A stretch of 40,757 bases of DNA from Deltaproteobacteria bacterium (GTDB lineage Bacteria; Desulfobacterota; Deferrimicrobia; J040): assembly GCA_003696505.1 (NCBI GenBank), contig RFHC01000074.1, forward strand, positions 1 to 40,757, written 5' to 3'. The notes under the pieces are model-generated. The model was not told the DNA's origin. It was given only the letters and a program-made list of their open reading frames with translations, and did no database searches. Position numbers and translations under genes: made by a program. Numbering within the stretch: position 1 is the stretch's first letter; every line of letters starts with the position of its first letter. This document shows positions 29,267-37,451 of the stretch, in pieces.

Positions 29267-31204
29267 ATGGAGAAAGTGGAGAAGAAAGAGGTTTTCTCCC
29301 TCGTCGTCGGTCCGTGTGAAAGGGAGTTGTCATCTCTTTCCCCGAGGGCGGAAGAGGGGGGCACGGGTATCGACCTGTTTGCCGTGAAACAGGCAGTAAA
29401 TGGCGGGTCCCTCAAAGTCGTGTTTCAATCCCGGGAAAAAGAGAGGGTCCGGGATGCGAGAAAACTCCTCGAGGAGAAGGGCATTCCCGCCGCTGTCGTG
29501 TCTACCGGGGAAATGAAGGAGGTGAGATTCCTTTTCCCGGCCTTTTCCTGGAAAGAGGGGGGGAAAGAAATCCTCTTCTCCGACAGGACGGGGAAAAATG
29601 TCTCCTTCAGGAAGGACGAGAAGGTTCTCGTCACGCTGACCTCAAAGGACGGAATGTTCGTCTCCCGGAAAAAGGCGGCTCGCCTTCTTTCCGCTGCCGG
29701 AGAGGAGGTGTCTGCCGGGGAAGTCCTCTCCCACGTGTTTATCGAGGGAGGGTTTATCGGCGTTTTCTCGCTGGATGAACCGAAGGGAATCGTCGTCGAC
29801 ACGAATCGCTTCGACTACTCATTCCTCGGGGAGCAAAGGAGCCTTTCCCGGAACGTCAACGCGAGGGCGCTTTTCAGGAAAATCATCGCTTCTTTTCCCG
29901 CTCCCGTGGTGGATGCCAATTTCGGACCGGGTGCTCTCCCGTCAATCGGGGATGGGGACCTGAAACCGGAAAAAATCCTCAGGACTTTCGCATACTACTC
30001 GGTTTTTATCTCGCGTGCCCTGAGAAACGGACTCCTTGAAAAGAGCGACCTCCCCCGGGTGAAGACTGAAGGAGAGGGTGGAGAGTTTTACTGGGTGGGG
30101 AAGCCCGGAAGGGCAGGGAAACAGAGAGTCGCAGGGGAATCTGGAGAGGCTTCTTCAACCTCTCTCTCCCCTCCCCCCGTCCCTCCCAGGTCCTTCCGCC
30201 CGAGGAGGATTTTCCTCGGACTCAGGCCGGGAATCTTCGATGACTTCAAACGCGGCTGGGGATTAGAGGGTCTCCCCTTCATCCTCCGGGTGGTGCTGGG
30301 TCCTCTTTCTCTCGTTTTCATTTTTCTCGCTTATGCCTCGAGGAGTCCCGTCCTTCTCGCCGCAGGTCTGGCTTCCTTTTCCGTCGTTTCCTTTGCCCTT
30401 TCCTTCATCCTCCTCAAGCAGAAGCGGGAGGTGGAAAACGTCCCCACGGCAAAACTCCGGTCCCTCCCCATGGGTCTCGTTGAAGTAACCGGGCGGTGCA
30501 GGAGGAAGCATTTTCTCGTTTCTCCCGTCAGTTCAATTCCCTGCGTGTATTACTCTTACGTGATTTTAGAGAGGGTATACCGGACGGGGAAGTCGAGGGT
30601 GGTAGTGAGGGAGTGGGGGGACAGCGGTCCTGTCCCTTTCATTCTGGAAGACGAAACGGGACGGGTCACCGTAGACCCGAAAAACGCCTCGATAATCGGC
30701 GGGAGGACCCAGACGTTTTCCGGAAGGGAAAAACCGTCCATTTCCCCCGGGGGTGTTTTCCTCGGAGAAAACGTGACGGTAAAGGAGAACATAATCCCCG
30801 AAGGGGAGCAACTCTACGTGCTGGGATACGCGTCTCCCGCAAGGAGCCTTGCCGAGGACCGGGAGAAAAAAATCAGGGAGCGGATAAAGAATTTAAAGAA
30901 AAACGCCGATAAATTAAAGGAATTTGACGAAGATGGAGATGGCCAGATAGACTCTTTCGAGTGGGAGAAGGCAAGGCGAGCGGTGGAAATGGAGGTCCTC
31001 CTCGAGAAGGATTCGGGAGAGAGTGAAATCGTCATTACCCGGCCCCCGGAAGGAGGTGTCTTCATTATTTCCGACAGGTCCGAAAGAGGGCTCGTGAGGA
31101 AACTGGCCTTTCGGTCTGCCCTCACGTTTGGCCTTTCCATCGCGTCGGCTGCCCTCGCCGTTTTCCTGATTACGGGCATTTTCGCCCGAGGAGGTGGACC
31201 ATGA
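29267..31204 (+). CDS. GIDE (BAM) domain membrane protein with EF-hand loop and long N-terminal extension
   Basis: After two TM helices come the GIDE hallmarks EVENVPTAKLRSLPMGLVEVTG, PCVYY, PFILEDETGRVTVDP, ENIIPEGEQLYVLG and FIISDRSE, then a C-terminal TM helix. EF loop DEDGDGQIDSFE. No RING domain. Confidence 0.8.
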   Translation: MEKVEKKEVFSLVVGPCERELSSLSPRAEEGGTGIDLFAVKQAVNGGSLKVVFQSREKERVRDARKLLEEKGIPAAVVSTGEMKEVRFLFPAFSWKEGGKEILFSDRTGKNVSFRKDEKVLVTLTSKDGMFVSRKKAARLLSAAGEEVSAGEVLSHVFIEGGFIGVFSLDEPKGIVVDTNRFDYSFLGEQRSLSRNVNARALFRKIIASFPAPVVDANFGPGALPSIGDGDLKPEKILRTFAYYSVFISRALRNGLLEKSDLPRVKTEGEGGEFYWVGKPGRAGKQRVAGESGEASSTSLSPPPVPPRSFRPRRIFLGLRPGIFDDFKRGWGLEGLPFILRVVLGPLSLVFIFLAYASRSPVLLAAGLASFSVVSFALSFILLKQKREVENVPTAKLRSLPMGLVEVTGRCRRKHFLVSPVSSIPCVYYSYVILERVYRTGKSRVVVREWGDSGPVPFILEDETGRVTVDPKNASIIGGRTQTFSGREKPSISPGGVFLGENVTVKENIIPEGEQLYVLGYASPARSLAEDREKKIRERIKNLKKNADKLKEFDEDGDGQIDSFEWEKARRAVEMEVLLEKDSGESEIVITRPPEGGVFIISDRSERGLVRKLAFRSALTFGLSIASAALAVFLITGIFARGGGP

Positions 31205-31767
31205 CCGGTGCTGTCGTCATCGTCGTCCTGGGACTCCTTATCCTGGGATGTATTTTTTACGGAGTGTCCATTTACAACGGACTCGTCACGGTGAAGAACA
31301 ACATCGACAAGTCGTGGAGCAACGTGGAAGTTCTCCTCAAGCAGAGGCACGACGAGTTGCCGAAACTCGTGAAAGTCTGCGAGAGGTATATGAAGCACGA
31401 GAGGGAAACCCTGGAAAGAGTCATCAGGGCGAGAAATTTTTCTGAGTCGGCTTCAACTCCCGAGGAGAGGGGAAAGGCCGACGGGATGGTCGCAGAGGCC
31501 CTCAAATCGCTCTTCGCCGTTGCAGAGAGATATCCTGAACTGAAGGCGGACGAGCAGTTTTCCCACCTCCAGGAGAGGATTTCCCGGCTCGAAAACGAGA
31601 TTGCCGACAGGAGAGAACTCTACAACGAGTCGGTGAACATCTACAACATCAGGATTGAGAGGATACCGGACGTCTTCATCGCCCGCGCCATGGGTTTCGA
31701 GAAGAGACCCCTCTGGCATGCTCCTGCGTCAGACCTGAAGGACGTGGAGATAACTTTCAGTTCTTAA
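31201..31767 (+). CDS. lemA: LemA family protein
   Basis: N-terminal TM, YNGLV, WSNVEVLLKQRHDELP, AVAERYPELKAD, IADRRELYNESV..YN, PDVFIA. ATGA overlap with the GIDE gene. Confidence 0.95.
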   Translation: MTGAVVIVVLGLLILGCIFYGVSIYNGLVTVKNNIDKSWSNVEVLLKQRHDELPKLVKVCERYMKHERETLERVIRARNFSESASTPEERGKADGMVAEALKSLFAVAERYPELKADEQFSHLQERISRLENEIADRRELYNESVNIYNIRIERIPDVFIARAMGFEKRPLWHAPASDLKDVEITFSS

Positions 31768-31776
31768 GAGAGTCCC

Positions 31777-32247
31777 TCACAGAGGGTCGAGGGACTTGAG
31801 GGCTTTTTCCACCTCTTCGACGGTGAAACGGATGTGGGAGAGGACGACGAACGTTGCCGTCCCGTAGGCGACGAGTTCCCCATCTTCCCGCCTCACCTCA
31901 GCCCTCGTGACGGCGAGCCTCTTCCCTCTGTGGATGACCCATCCCTCTGAGTAGATGTTCTGACGGGCGGGGGTCTTTATCAGGTACGTGTGAAATTCCG
32001 TCGTCGTGATCCACACGTTGGGGTACATGGCCGCGGCGGTAAACCAGGTGGCGTTGTCCACCATCGCGCCGATGATTCCTCCATGGATGTCTCCCAGGGC
32101 GTGGCAGACGCCGGGGTGAAACTGGAGGGAGAAGTGTGCGCGTCCCTCGTCGTCGAAACTGATGTCGCTTTTCAAAGTTCGGCTGATGGGCGCTTTCCTG
32201 TAAATCATCTCGAGAGTGTCGAGCCATTCCCTGTCGAGCTTCCTCAT
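31777..32247 (-). CDS. PaaI-family hot-dog thioesterase
   Basis: GDIHGGIIGAMVD motif, TTEF...Y, HRGKRLAVTRAEV...GELVAYGTATF. Confidence 0.88.
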   Translation of the reverse strand: MRKLDREWLDTLEMIYRKAPISRTLKSDISFDDEGRAHFSLQFHPGVCHALGDIHGGIIGAMVDNATWFTAAAMYPNVWITTTEFHTYLIKTPARQNIYSEGWVIHRGKRLAVTRAEVRREDGELVAYGTATFVVLSHIRFTVEEVEKALKSLDPL

Positions 32248-32297
32248 TCGAGGTCCCCCTTCTTTTTCCTGATATTATAAAAATTGATGGAGGAGAG

Positions 32298-33392
32298 ATG
32301 AAAGGACCACGGTCGGTTACGAGGAGAAAAAGCGCGGTCGTTTTCGCTCTTTTTCTCTCCCTCACCCTGTTTCTTCCCCTCGCCGGGGCTTTCCTCACCG
32401 GTTTCGACCTCTCCTCCCTATCCACTTTCCCGCCCGAAGGAAACTTTCAGGGAAATGGGGGGGTGAGCATTCCCTTCACGCTCTTCGCCTTCGCTGTGGG
32501 AACAACTCTCCTCCTCGTATTCATCCTCACGTACATCCGGGGATATGAGGGAAGGGCACGGGAGAGGAATAGATTCCCCCGATGGGGATGGGGAGGCGTC
32601 CTTTTCCTCCTCGGCGCATGGGTCCTCGCCTGGACCCGATTTGACTGGTTTGCCCCATTACAAAGGCACACTTTCACACCTCTCTGGCTCGGATACATCT
32701 GTGTGGCCACAGCCCTCTCAGAGAAACTTCACGGAACCTCTCCTGCCCGGGAGGACCCTCTCTTCTTCATCTCCCTCTTCCCGGCCTCTTCGCTTTTCTG
32801 GTGGATTTTCGAGTTCCTCAACCGCTTCGTGGGAAACTGGGAATACCGCGGGCTGGGGACAATCACGGCGGGGGAATACGTCGCCCTGGCAAGCGTTTCC
32901 TTCTCCACCGTCCTCCCCGCAGTGGAGACGACCTCATTCCTCTTCAGGGGTTATCTCGGAGAGGAGAGGGTGAGGAATTCGGGGGTCGTGAAAGAGGCGG
33001 TGCTCCCTTCCCGGAGATGGATGACCTACATCCTCCTCTTTTCTGGAGCGGTGACGCTCTTCCTCATTCCTGTCTTCCCACAGTTTCTCTACCCCTTTCT
33101 CTGGATATCTCCGGTGCTCATCGTCGGTCCCCTCACCTCCATCGCAGGACTTTCTCCTGACGAAGGAGACCCCGTCATTGCTTCTTACGGCCTTGCAGCT
33201 CTCGTGTGCGGGTTTTTCTGGGAGACGTGGAACTGGAAAAGCCTTGCTCACTGGGTTTACCACGTCCCCCTCGTGCCTTCCTTGAAGCTCTTCGAGATGC
33301 CCCTTCCCGGATACTTCGGGTACCTTCCATTCGGGGTGGAGTGCTTTCTTTTCATCGTTCTCGTGAAGTATCTCGTGAGAGGTGACCTGTGA
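32298..33392 (+). CDS. Conserved polytopic membrane protein of unknown function
   Basis: About 10 hydrophobic segments. Motifs FWWIFEFLNRFVGNWEY and FFWETWNW...WVY...LFEMPLPGYFGYLPF. GGAGGAG RBS. Confidence 0.8.
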   Translation: MKGPRSVTRRKSAVVFALFLSLTLFLPLAGAFLTGFDLSSLSTFPPEGNFQGNGGVSIPFTLFAFAVGTTLLLVFILTYIRGYEGRARERNRFPRWGWGGVLFLLGAWVLAWTRFDWFAPLQRHTFTPLWLGYICVATALSEKLHGTSPAREDPLFFISLFPASSLFWWIFEFLNRFVGNWEYRGLGTITAGEYVALASVSFSTVLPAVETTSFLFRGYLGEERVRNSGVVKEAVLPSRRWMTYILLFSGAVTLFLIPVFPQFLYPFLWISPVLIVGPLTSIAGLSPDEGDPVIASYGLAALVCGFFWETWNWKSLAHWVYHVPLVPSLKLFEMPLPGYFGYLPFGVECFLFIVLVKYLVRGDL

Positions 33393-34480
33393 AGAGGACG
33401 GGAACGACGGACCTTCCCCTCCACGGGGGAAAAGCTCCCCGGTGGCTCTTTGAGAGGATGTCTCTCCTGGCGGGTGAAATCGTGTCCGCCATCGCTCTTG
33501 AATTCGGCCCCGTCGAGGTGCTCCGACGGCTTTCGGACCCGGCATGGTTTCAGGCATTCGGGTGCGTCCTCGGCTTCGACTGGCACTCTTCCGGGGTCAC
33601 GACGACGGTGACCGGAGCGATAAAGGAAGGGTTGAAGGGGAGAGAGGAGGAAGTCGGAATTTTCCCCTGCGGGGGAAAAGGGGGAGCGTCGAGAAAGACC
33701 CCCGGAGAAATTCTCACTTTTTCCGATAGGGTGGGGACCGATGGGGATTCCCTCGTCTACGCGAGCAGAATCTCTGCCAAGGTGGACAGTGCGGCCGTCC
33801 AGGACGGGTATCAGATTTATCACCACGCCTTCTTCTTCACGAGGGAAGGGGAGTGGGCAGTGGTTCAACAGGGGATGAACGAGGAGAGGAGGAGGGCACG
33901 GAGGTACCACTGGATATCAGAGTCTGTGAGAGATTTCGTCGAAGAGCCGCACGCTGCCGTCTGCTGCGACGGCAGGGAGAAGGTCCTGAACCTGGTGGCG
34001 AAAGAGAGCTCCTCCACCCGGTCGATAATCGCAGAGCTGTCAAGAATGGATCCGGAGAAGGTGGTGAAGCTCGTTGCCCGGGCCAACGAGGGGAGGGGGA
34101 GGCATCTGGAAATGCCGGTGAGGCATCCTGTCAGGGGTGAAGATATCCGGCCGGAAAACCTGAGGAGGATACTTCTCGACACGTACGAGAAGCAGCCGGA
34201 GGACTTCGAGACGCTCCTCGGAGTGAAGGGAGTGGGGCCGAAGACTCTCCGCGCTCTCTCCCTGGTCTCTGAGGTCATTTACGGAGCTCCTCCCAGTTTC
34301 CGGGACCCGGCGCGCTTTTCCTTCGCTCACGGGGGAAAGGACGGGACTCCCTACCCCGTCAACAGGGCGGAATACGACAGGACCATCGACGTGATGAGGG
34401 GGGCCGTGGAGAAAGCAAAAATCGGGAGGAAGGAGAAGATGGAAGCGCTGAAGAGGCTCTCCTTCCTCTTCCCCTCGTGA
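33389..34480 (+). CDS. DUF763 family protein
   Basis: DLPLHGGKAPRWLF, DPAWFQAFGCVLGFDWHSSGVTT, SAKVDSAAVQDGYQIYHH, QQGMN, ARRYHW, DPARFSFAHGGKDG.PYPV. Confidence 0.92.
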   Translation: MKRTGTTDLPLHGGKAPRWLFERMSLLAGEIVSAIALEFGPVEVLRRLSDPAWFQAFGCVLGFDWHSSGVTTTVTGAIKEGLKGREEEVGIFPCGGKGGASRKTPGEILTFSDRVGTDGDSLVYASRISAKVDSAAVQDGYQIYHHAFFFTREGEWAVVQQGMNEERRRARRYHWISESVRDFVEEPHAAVCCDGREKVLNLVAKESSSTRSIIAELSRMDPEKVVKLVARANEGRGRHLEMPVRHPVRGEDIRPENLRRILLDTYEKQPEDFETLLGVKGVGPKTLRALSLVSEVIYGAPPSFRDPARFSFAHGGKDGTPYPVNRAEYDRTIDVMRGAVEKAKIGRKEKMEALKRLSFLFPS

Positions 34481-34498
34481 GGGGCCTCCATCGAGGGG

Positions 34499-34507
34499 TG
34501 GTATAAT
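34499..34507 (+). promoter_or_regulatory. Extended -10 promoter of the glutamate-synthase-like operon
   Basis: Perfect TGnTATAAT (TGGTATAAT) ending 36 nt before the ATG at 34544. No recognisable -35 element. Confidence 0.75.
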
Positions 34508-34543
34508 TAACCTCTCATTTCCAGAGAGAAAGGGACCTCCGCT

Positions 34544-36244
34544 ATGACCACCTATTATCCCATCTACTATACGAGGAGAAGCCCCTGCTCGACGAGGGAC
34601 CACCTGGGAAATGGTGGGTGTCCGGCGAGGAACGACATTCCACGGTTTCTCTTTTCCATCTGGAAGGGTGACTTCGAGCTTGCCTTCCGCATCCTGAAGA
34701 GGACGAACCCCTTCTCCGGGGGTTGCGGGAGATTCTGCGACCACCCCTGCGAAAAAGCGTGCAACAGGGAGAAGTTTGATGAACCCGTCGACATCATGGC
34801 GCTTGAAAGGGTGGCGGCTGACGAGGGATTCCGGAAGGGAATTTTCCCATCCCCGCCGGAGAGGAGGACGGGGAAGCGCGTTTACGTCGTCGGGGGAGGC
34901 CCGGCTGGACTCACTTCGGCCTATTTCCTCGCGCGCCTCGGACACGAGGTTGTGGTTTTCGAGGCGGAGAAGAAGGCCGGGGGACTCATGAGGTTTGGAA
35001 TTCCCCGCTACAGATATCCCGAAGACGTTGCCGACTACGAGGTGGAATACATCGAGAAAACAGGCGTCCGGATAGAGACGAATGCCCGCATCTATCCGGG
35101 CGACATTCCCCGCCTCCTGGAGGAGTCGGACGCCCTCATCGTCGCGACGGGAGCGCTCAAAGGGAAGAGAATAGGGTGCCCCGGCGACGACCTGCCCGGT
35201 GTCTGGCAGGGCGTCCCCTTTCTCAGGGACGTGAATCTTTCCCCGGAAATATCGCGGGGGGACATAGAGGCTCTCTCGGAGAGAATTTCGGTGGGGAAGG
35301 AAGTGGCAGTAATCGGCGGTGGATACACCGCCTTCGACGTCGCGCGGACGGCTGTCAGGCTCGGATGTTCCGTCACTGTCTACTACCGGAGGACAGAGTC
35401 CCAGATGACCGCTCACCCGGGTGAGGTGAGGGAGGCGGAAAAGGAGGGAATCCGCTTCGTCTTCCTCTCCATTCCCAGGAAGATAGAGCATGCTGAAAAC
35501 GGCAGGTACAGAATCACCTTTGAAAAGGCCAGGCTCGGGGAGCCTGACGAATCGGGAAGGGAGAGGCCGATCCCCACAGGAGAACTCTTCACGGCGGAGG
35601 TTGACCGGGTGATCACTGCAATAGGGGAGGATTCCACTCTTCCTGAAGTCCTTCCTGAGGGAGTGCCCTCAACTGCCGAAGAAATGGTAACTTTCCCGGG
35701 AGGGAAGAAGAGGGTTTTCCTCGCGGGAGACGTGCGAAAAGGGTTCTCCCCCAACGTGGGAATGGTGGTGAGGGCAATCGGGTCAGGCCAGGATGCTGCC
35801 GCAAAGGTCCACGAGTATCTGACGGGTGAGCGGCTTTCTCTGCTCCCGGAGAAAGAAATTGCTTTCTACGAAACGATAAAGGTGAGGTATTTCGAGGAAA
35901 GGGCGCGTGCACGCCTCCCGAAGATTCCCGTCGAGGAGAGGAGGGGGAATTTCCGAGAAACGGTGCTTTCCCTCCCGCGCGATGTGGCGCGGGAAATGGC
36001 GGGACGCTGCTTTTTCTGCGGGATATGCATCCAGTGCGACTGGTGTTACGACTACGGACGCGGGGCAATCGCGAAGAGGGAGATTCCCTGGTCGCCGGAT
36101 GAGGATGCGTTCTTCTACCGCTTCATCAGAGAGAGGGTGACGGCGAAGACGGAGGAGGCTGTGGAGGCGTGTCCCCGCTGCACGATGAAGATGGTCCCCG
36201 ATAAGGGGGAATGGAAAAAGGCGATAGACGAGCAGTACATTTGA
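34544..36244 (+). CDS. gltD: GltD/DsrL-like NAD(P)H-dependent FAD/Fe-S oxidoreductase (probable small subunit of the glutamate-synthase-like complex)
   Basis: PC...CP, NPF...CGRFCDHPCEKACNR, VGGGPAGL, GGLMRFGIP.YR, VIGGGYTAFD, YYRR, FLAGD, and C-terminal RCFFCGICIQCDWC...CP. Confidence 0.75.
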   Translation: MTTYYPIYYTRRSPCSTRDHLGNGGCPARNDIPRFLFSIWKGDFELAFRILKRTNPFSGGCGRFCDHPCEKACNREKFDEPVDIMALERVAADEGFRKGIFPSPPERRTGKRVYVVGGGPAGLTSAYFLARLGHEVVVFEAEKKAGGLMRFGIPRYRYPEDVADYEVEYIEKTGVRIETNARIYPGDIPRLLEESDALIVATGALKGKRIGCPGDDLPGVWQGVPFLRDVNLSPEISRGDIEALSERISVGKEVAVIGGGYTAFDVARTAVRLGCSVTVYYRRTESQMTAHPGEVREAEKEGIRFVFLSIPRKIEHAENGRYRITFEKARLGEPDESGRERPIPTGELFTAEVDRVITAIGEDSTLPEVLPEGVPSTAEEMVTFPGGKKRVFLAGDVRKGFSPNVGMVVRAIGSGQDAAAKVHEYLTGERLSLLPEKEIAFYETIKVRYFEERARARLPKIPVEERRGNFRETVLSLPRDVAREMAGRCFFCGICIQCDWCYDYGRGAIAKREIPWSPDEDAFFYRFIRERVTAKTEEAVEACPRCTMKMVPDKGEWKKAIDEQYI

Positions 36245-36263
36245 GGGGAAAGGATAAGGACAG

Positions 36264-37451
36264 ATGGTGACGGCGCGAGAAATTTCGGTTGAAGCTTTCT
36301 CAGGCGGAGAGAGGGGCATCCCGGGAGGTGCCTGCGGGCTCCTGGCCGCTGCGGGAAACATAGAACTTCTTCCCCTCATATCCTCTGCCGGATGCCTTCA
36401 GTATCGGGCGCGGACGGGGGCCGGAGTGACGCTCAAGGGAATATACAGGGACCAGCCCTTCTACATTTTCCACGTCATGTTCCGCACCGAGGGAAAGAGG
36501 AAGGAACTGGAGGCGTGGTTCACTTCCTACGGCATCCACCTGCTGGAGCGGGAGGAGATGGTGAAGAGGAAGTTCTATTACGAATACGACATGCCCCGGA
36601 TGGTGAAATACACCGTCTCCCCCCCGAGCAGGGAAGAAATGCTTGAAATCGCCAAGCACGACGACCCGGACAGGTACGTGACGGAAAGGGTAATGGAATT
36701 CAACTCCCGTTTCCGGGACGACGCCCGCATCTTTTCCTCTTCACGGGATTCGGGCACATTCCTCACCGCCTTCGAGCTGGCTGACACGATAAAGATATTT
36801 GAAATCGAAAAGTACAGCTCGGAATCCATCGACGCCCTTCAGGTCCACGTCCGCTGGCCCACGAGCGCGGGGAGGGGACTCTGGTGGGGTCCCCAGCCGA
36901 TTGCCCTTTTCAACATCTCGGGGATTCACAACGGGCACCTCTCCTCGGACCGGGCAAACGCGAGGGCCCTCGAGCAGCTCGGAATCCGGATGCAGGTGGG
37001 GACAGATTCGGAGGCGATTTTCCTCGAGGTCGCGCATCTCGTTCAGGAGGGCTACTCCCTTCAGGAAATCGAGTGGATTATGGCGCAGAAGTTTCCCGAG
37101 GAACTTTTATCTATGGACGAGGAGGAGAGGAAGCGTTACGAGGAACTGACGAGGCACCCCATTTACTCTCAGTTTAAAATGAGCGGTCCTTCCACGGCGA
37201 TCGTCCTCGTCGATGACATCCTTGTGGGGATTACGGACCGGGATCACCTGAGGCCTTTCGCCGTCGGAGAAGGTGAGGACTTCGTCATCCTCGCCAGCGA
37301 GGAAAGGGCCGTCATTTCCGGAGCCTATTACATGGGAAAAGACGTTTCCCTCTTCACGCCGGAAGCGGGGAAGGTGGTGGGATACAGGATAAAGGAGGGG
37401 GTGGTGGAGAGACTCCCCCTCTCGTGGAGGAGAGGCTATGGCCACCCGTGA
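36264..37451 (+). CDS. Stand-alone class II (Ntn) glutamine amidotransferase, glutamate synthase domain-1 type
   Basis: 23-aa propeptide then CG (Cys codon 36333). GIY...FHV, HVRWPTS...QP, HNG, TDSE, GP, DRDHLRP and ASEE match the GltB amidotransferase layout. Confidence 0.8.
   Translation: MVTAREISVEAFSGGERGIPGGACGLLAAAGNIELLPLISSAGCLQYRARTGAGVTLKGIYRDQPFYIFHVMFRTEGKRKELEAWFTSYGIHLLEREEMVKRKFYYEYDMPRMVKYTVSPPSREEMLEIAKHDDPDRYVTERVMEFNSRFRDDARIFSSSRDSGTFLTAFELADTIKIFEIEKYSSESIDALQVHVRWPTSAGRGLWWGPQPIALFNISGIHNGHLSSDRANARALEQLGIRMQVGTDSEAIFLEVAHLVQEGYSLQEIEWIMAQKFPEELLSMDEEERKRYEELTRHPIYSQFKMSGPSTAIVLVDDILVGITDRDHLRPFAVGEGEDFVILASEERAVISGAYYMGKDVSLFTPEAGKVVGYRIKEGVVERLPLSWRRGYGHP

Noticed and set aside
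34544-36244. Calling the flavoprotein a true DsrL of sulfur metabolism
   Set aside because: There are no dsr genes in the window and its operon partners are glutamate-synthase domains. Only the architecture is DsrL-like.
36242-36292. Possible selenocysteine or readthrough at the TGA of the GltD-like gene
   Set aside because: Readthrough adds only 15 residues with no motif before another TGA, no SECIS-like hairpin is evident, and the TGA is not at a Cys-equivalent position.
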